Assembly: GCA_038207335.1 (NCBI GenBank)
Contig: JBBQZX010000012.1
Span: 72,646 to 136,645, forward strand
DNA: 64,000 nucleotides
Direction of reading: 5' to 3'
Origin: Chthoniobacterales bacterium
GTDB lineage: Bacteria; Verrucomicrobiota; Verrucomicrobiia; Chthoniobacterales; Chthoniobacteraceae
Of the stretch, positions 58,299-64,000 are shown piece by piece. The notes under the pieces are model-generated. The model was not told where the DNA came from, searched no databases, and was given only the letters and a program-made list of their open reading frames with translations. Positions within the stretch are counted from its first letter, which is position 1; each line of letters opens with the position of its first letter. The translations under genes and the position numbers were made by a program.

Positions 58299-60980
58299 TC
58301 ATTTAGATGCGTCAGTCTGTTTCACAGGAACGGTGATGCCATCCTTGGGAGGCGTGGTGAGCGTGGCGAGATACGCCAGGATGTCTGCCACTTCCTGCTC
58401 CTTGAGCAGCAGGCCGAGGGGAGGCATGGGCGAGATTTCCAACTCCTCGAATCCCTTGGCCTTTTTGGCGTTCGGGTCCACGAGGCTTTCGAGGATGTAG
58501 GCCTTGTCGGCGCGGACGGCGATGCCGTCGAGGATGGGGCCGACCTGGCCTCCCTTCCCGCCGACGGTGTGGCAGGCGGCGCAGGCGGCCGTGGGGCTGT
58601 TGAAGAAGAGGTCCTCGCCGCGCTTGGCGTCGCCCGCTGCGATCTTCACCTCGTCCTGGCCCACGCCGGAGACCTTGTGGATGCGTCCGAGAAGGGTGAG
58701 CGAGTCGTTCAAGAACGCGTCGCTCGTGTTCACCGGCGTCCGCTGTAGTTGGGCGACAACCGTTTCGATCGCGGGACTGGTTGGGAACTCGGCGAGCTTC
58801 ACGAAGGCCGCCTGCCGGGTGATGAGATCGGGATCCTGAATGACCGGGCTGCTGAAGAAGAGCTGCTGTCCGGCTTCGTTCGCGGGCAGGGCGCGGATGG
58901 CGTTGCGGCGAACGGCGGGGTCTTTGTCGAGCAAGGCCTTTTGATGGGTTTCCTTGTCGAGCGCACCGAGGCCGGCGAGGGACCAGAGGGCATGGATCGC
59001 GCCGGTTCCGCCTTTGCCGGAGGCCACGCGCTGCTTCAGAGCGGGGGCGGCATCGGCCATCTTATTGTCCACGATCAGGCGCTGGGCGGTGAGGCTCCAG
59101 AACTGGTTGCCGCTATCGAGCGCAGCGACTAGCTCGGGAGACTTCGCATTGGCGAGCGATTTGATCGAACTCTTCGCACCGTCCTTCCAGACGACGCGGT
59201 AGATACGGCCGTGAGTTTGGTCACGAAGATTGTTCTCGGTCTGATACGCGCCGCCCTTTCCGGTCGTGGCCTTGATGCCGGCTCCCTGGACATTCGGCGT
59301 CGGGTTGTGCTGGATGATGAAGCTGTAGAAGTCGATCACCCACACGGCACCGTCCGGGCCTACATCGGCGAAGATCGGCGACATCCATTCGTCCGTGCTG
59401 GCGAGGAGATTGAATCCGTCGCTCGACTTATAGCCGCCGCCATCGGGCTGAATGTCCATGATGCCGATGAGCTTGGCCGTCGGCTCCGTGACTAGCGCCT
59501 TGCCCTGAAGACGGGCGGGCAGCGCATCGCTGACCATGAAGGCGTGTCCAGCCGCCGCCGTGTAGCCGCCGAAGTTATCCACCATGCGGACGTTCGGCGT
59601 GTTGGGATGCATCCGCAGGCCCGGAGCCATCGACTTCGCGGACGCCAAACGACGAACATTGGCCGGGGAAACATCGTTCACACCGGGAGGGCCGATCCGG
59701 TAGCCCGGGCGAAATCCATTACCGCCACCGACAGGTGCACCGCGTTCACCGCGCCCGCCGCCCGGTTGGGTCGGATTCAGGATGTGAGCAGGTAGGTAGC
59801 CGTAGAAGGTCGGGTGGCCGTTGGCCGTCGAGCCGAAGACATCGCCCGCGGCATTCAGGCCGAAGCCCCAGGTGTTGTTATTAAACTGATGGAGGAACTG
59901 GAGCGCGGAACCGTCCGCCTTGAAGCGGAAGACGCCCTGGCCGAACTGGAGATCCTCACCGCCAACCTTGCCCCGGAAGTTCGAGTAACCCACCGAGCCG
60001 TAGAGCCAGTTGTCGAAGCCGCGGGCGAGGTTGCTCTGCATCGCGTGCGTGTCGCCGGTGCCCCAGCCAGGCAGGATGACCTCGCGGACATCAGCCTTGT
60101 CGTCACCATTGGTGTCTTTGAGGAAAAGCATGTGGCGCGCTTCCGACACGATGATCCCGCCGTTCGCGAATACCAGCGAGGTCGCGAGGTCCAATTTGTC
60201 GGCAAAGACGGTGAACTTATCGGCCTTGCCGTCGCCATCGGTATCCTCACAAATCTTGATGACCGACTCGCCGGGTTCACCTTCATTGACGAGGCCGTGG
60301 GGATAGTCGCGCGCCTCCACCACCCAGGCCCGCCCACGCTCGTCCCAAGCCACAGAGATAGGTTTCACCACGTCTGGTTCCGCAGCAAAAAGTTGCAGCT
60401 CAAAATCCGCCGGAACCTGCACGTAGCGCATGCTGTCCTGCGGGCTCAGCGGTGCCTGCAATTTAACTGGCTCCTGTCGGCGCTCGTAATTCGGAACATC
60501 GCCCGGCAAGCGCTCTAAGGCAGGGCGCGCAGCGAGGGAGGCTTCCCAGTCAGACTTCGCTTTCTTGCTGATGCCACCGAGAACGGCTTCGCGCATCACC
60601 GCATCCGTCGGGCGCTGGCCTTCGGCGTATTTGATCAGTCCGTTGCCCGCACCTTTGAAGCTATCGAGCATCTGCTGGTGGGTCGCATCGATGTCGCCAT
60701 CTGGAAGCACCTGCACCACCGCATCGAAGTCCTTCAAATACTTGTCCGTGAGTTGGGTGAGATCGGACAGATGGTCAAAGTAAATTGCCTCAGGCGCCAA
60801 AGTCTGGCCGGGCAGATAAACGTAGTTAGTCCTCGATCCGCCAAAGCCACCGCCACCGCCACCGCTGACTGGGCCAAGATAAAGAACATGGAGCGGCCGA
60901 TCCGGTGCGGCTAAGGCAAAGGTGTCGAGGGCCATTAGCCCTCCCGTCAGAAGAAGCAGAATTTGTTTGAGGCTTTTCAT
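58299..60980 (-). CDS. PVC-type membrane-bound dehydrogenase domain / heme-binding CxxCH protein
   Basis: FELQLFAAEP..AWDERGRAWV; EDTDGDGKADKFTVFAD; GPDGAVWVIDFY; HGRIYRV; HEAT repeats; CAACH..GPILDG..MP. Confidence 0.9.
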   Translation of the reverse strand: MKSLKQILLLLTGGLMALDTFALAAPDRPLHVLYLGPVSGGGGGGFGGSRTNYVYLPGQTLAPEAIYFDHLSDLTQLTDKYLKDFDAVVQVLPDGDIDATHQQMLDSFKGAGNGLIKYAEGQRPTDAVMREAVLGGISKKAKSDWEASLAARPALERLPGDVPNYERRQEPVKLQAPLSPQDSMRYVQVPADFELQLFAAEPDVVKPISVAWDERGRAWVVEARDYPHGLVNEGEPGESVIKICEDTDGDGKADKFTVFADKLDLATSLVFANGGIIVSEARHMLFLKDTNGDDKADVREVILPGWGTGDTHAMQSNLARGFDNWLYGSVGYSNFRGKVGGEDLQFGQGVFRFKADGSALQFLHQFNNNTWGFGLNAAGDVFGSTANGHPTFYGYLPAHILNPTQPGGGRGERGAPVGGGNGFRPGYRIGPPGVNDVSPANVRRLASAKSMAPGLRMHPNTPNVRMVDNFGGYTAAAGHAFMVSDALPARLQGKALVTEPTAKLIGIMDIQPDGGGYKSSDGFNLLASTDEWMSPIFADVGPDGAVWVIDFYSFIIQHNPTPNVQGAGIKATTGKGGAYQTENNLRDQTHGRIYRVVWKDGAKSSIKSLANAKSPELVAALDSGNQFWSLTAQRLIVDNKMADAAPALKQRVASGKGGTGAIHALWSLAGLGALDKETHQKALLDKDPAVRRNAIRALPANEAGQQLFFSSPVIQDPDLITRQAAFVKLAEFPTSPAIETVVAQLQRTPVNTSDAFLNDSLTLLGRIHKVSGVGQDEVKIAAGDAKRGEDLFFNSPTAACAACHTVGGKGGQVGPILDGIAVRADKAYILESLVDPNAKKAKGFEELEISPMPPLGLLLKEQEVADILAYLATLTTPPKDGITVPVKQTDASK

Positions 60981-61038
60981 GAAAAAATGAGCGGTGTTGT
61001 GGTGATGAGGAACTTCAACCGTGTGGGAAGGCGGATTG

Positions 61039-63087
<2,049 letters not shown>

Positions 63088-63145
63088 TTAGGGTTTCGTG
63101 GGGTGGTTGAACTGGTCGTCGATCATTGAAGTTTGAAATTTCTCG

Positions 63146-64000
63146 TCAACGCGTCGCGGAAGGCTCGGGTTGCGGTTTGTCGCTCGAATAAATGGCGCGG
63201 ATTTCGGATGGTGGCAGCGCCCGGCTGAACAGGCAAAACTCATCCATCGCGCCGCTGAAATTCCGGATCATGGAAGGATCGTTGTCCGGGAATCCGCGGC
63301 CATTCCAGTTTCCCAGTTCGGCAGTGCCGATGCGGAAAGGTGGGTTGATCTTGAGCGGCTTCTCTCTCACCAGCCGCCCGTTGACGTAATGCGACACGCG
63401 TTTCGCGCTGCCATCGAGCACCACCGCGAGATGAACCCACATGCCAAATTGGTCCAGCGCGAGCACGGGAGGACTCGCCACGATTTGGTGATTGCCCGCA
63501 GCCGGACCAATCACGGTCAATCCCAGCACGCCATCGTTGCGAATCAGCCAATGCAGCGTGCCGGCGTCAAAGCCATCGCACATGAAGAGTGAGTTGAACT
63601 GCCGATCCAGACCCTGCACGCGCACCCAGGTCGCGAGCGTCAGCGAGGTGAATTCGCCGGGGACCGTGAGGCGGACACGATCGCTCATCCCGCGAAATTC
63701 CAGCGCCGGTTTGGACGGCCAGCGGCCTTCGACCCATTGGCAGCCGACGATGGTACCGTCGGGCACCGAGGCTCTCTGGCTGCTCGCATTGTACAGCCGC
63801 CAATCCGAGGGCGCGGCGTGCTCGAAATCGAAATGCACGAGCAGCGAAGGGTCTTGATCAAGCCGGTCGCCGGCCGCGCGCCATTGATCGTAGCGCGATG
63901 AATCCGCAGCCACCGACTTGGTCTGCAAGGCAAACAGCGACGCAAACCCCGCCGCATTCGCGGTGATCAGGCGAGGTGGGCGTGAACTCTCCGCCACCGC
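63146..64000 (-). CDS. LamG-like jellyroll domain protein, probably a FecR-type anti-sigma factor (5' end outside window)
   Basis: GCQWVEGRWPSKPALEF, SLTLATWVRV, WVHLAVV..YVNG, RNFSGAMDEF; FecR assignment is inferred from the usual PVC architecture. Confidence 0.7.
   Translation of the reverse strand, partial: AVAESSRPPRLITANAAGFASLFALQTKSVAADSSRYDQWRAAGDRLDQDPSLLVHFDFEHAAPSDWRLYNASSQRASVPDGTIVGCQWVEGRWPSKPALEFRGMSDRVRLTVPGEFTSLTLATWVRVQGLDRQFNSLFMCDGFDAGTLHWLIRNDGVLGLTVIGPAAGNHQIVASPPVLALDQFGMWVHLAVVLDGSAKRVSHYVNGRLVREKPLKINPPFRIGTAELGNWNGRGFPDNDPSMIRNFSGAMDEFCLFSRALPPSEIRAIYSSDKPQPEPSATR

Overview
GC-rich bacterial chromosome segment. Gene content (PSD1/DUF1501 pair, PVC-type heme proteins, many PEP-CTERM proteins, FecR/LamG) suggests Verrucomicrobiota, probably Chthoniobacterales-like; this is an inference. 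A housekeeping core (lspA-ileS, HAD phosphatase, recQ) is flanked by accessory DNA. That DNA holds a ~21 kb cluster with five intact PEP-CTERM genes and one PEP-CTERM pseudogene, large secreted multidomain proteins (SGNH-like, CotH kinase, FAD oxidoreductase), a GH23 lytic transglycosylase resembling basidiomycete GH23s, and a partly decayed xylan-utilisation cluster. I saw no rRNA, tRNA, CRISPR array, integrase or transposase. The most unusual signal is three successive copies of the last 26 codons of a Gfo/Idh/MocA gene (34950, 32227, 31733). They diverge progressively and bracket cargo DNA, consistent with repeated gene capture at that 3' end. Many intergenic gaps hold short remnants of unrelated genes (MTase-REase, GT2, dgkA, comM, uvrA). 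All family assignments come from motif recognition by eye, not database searches.
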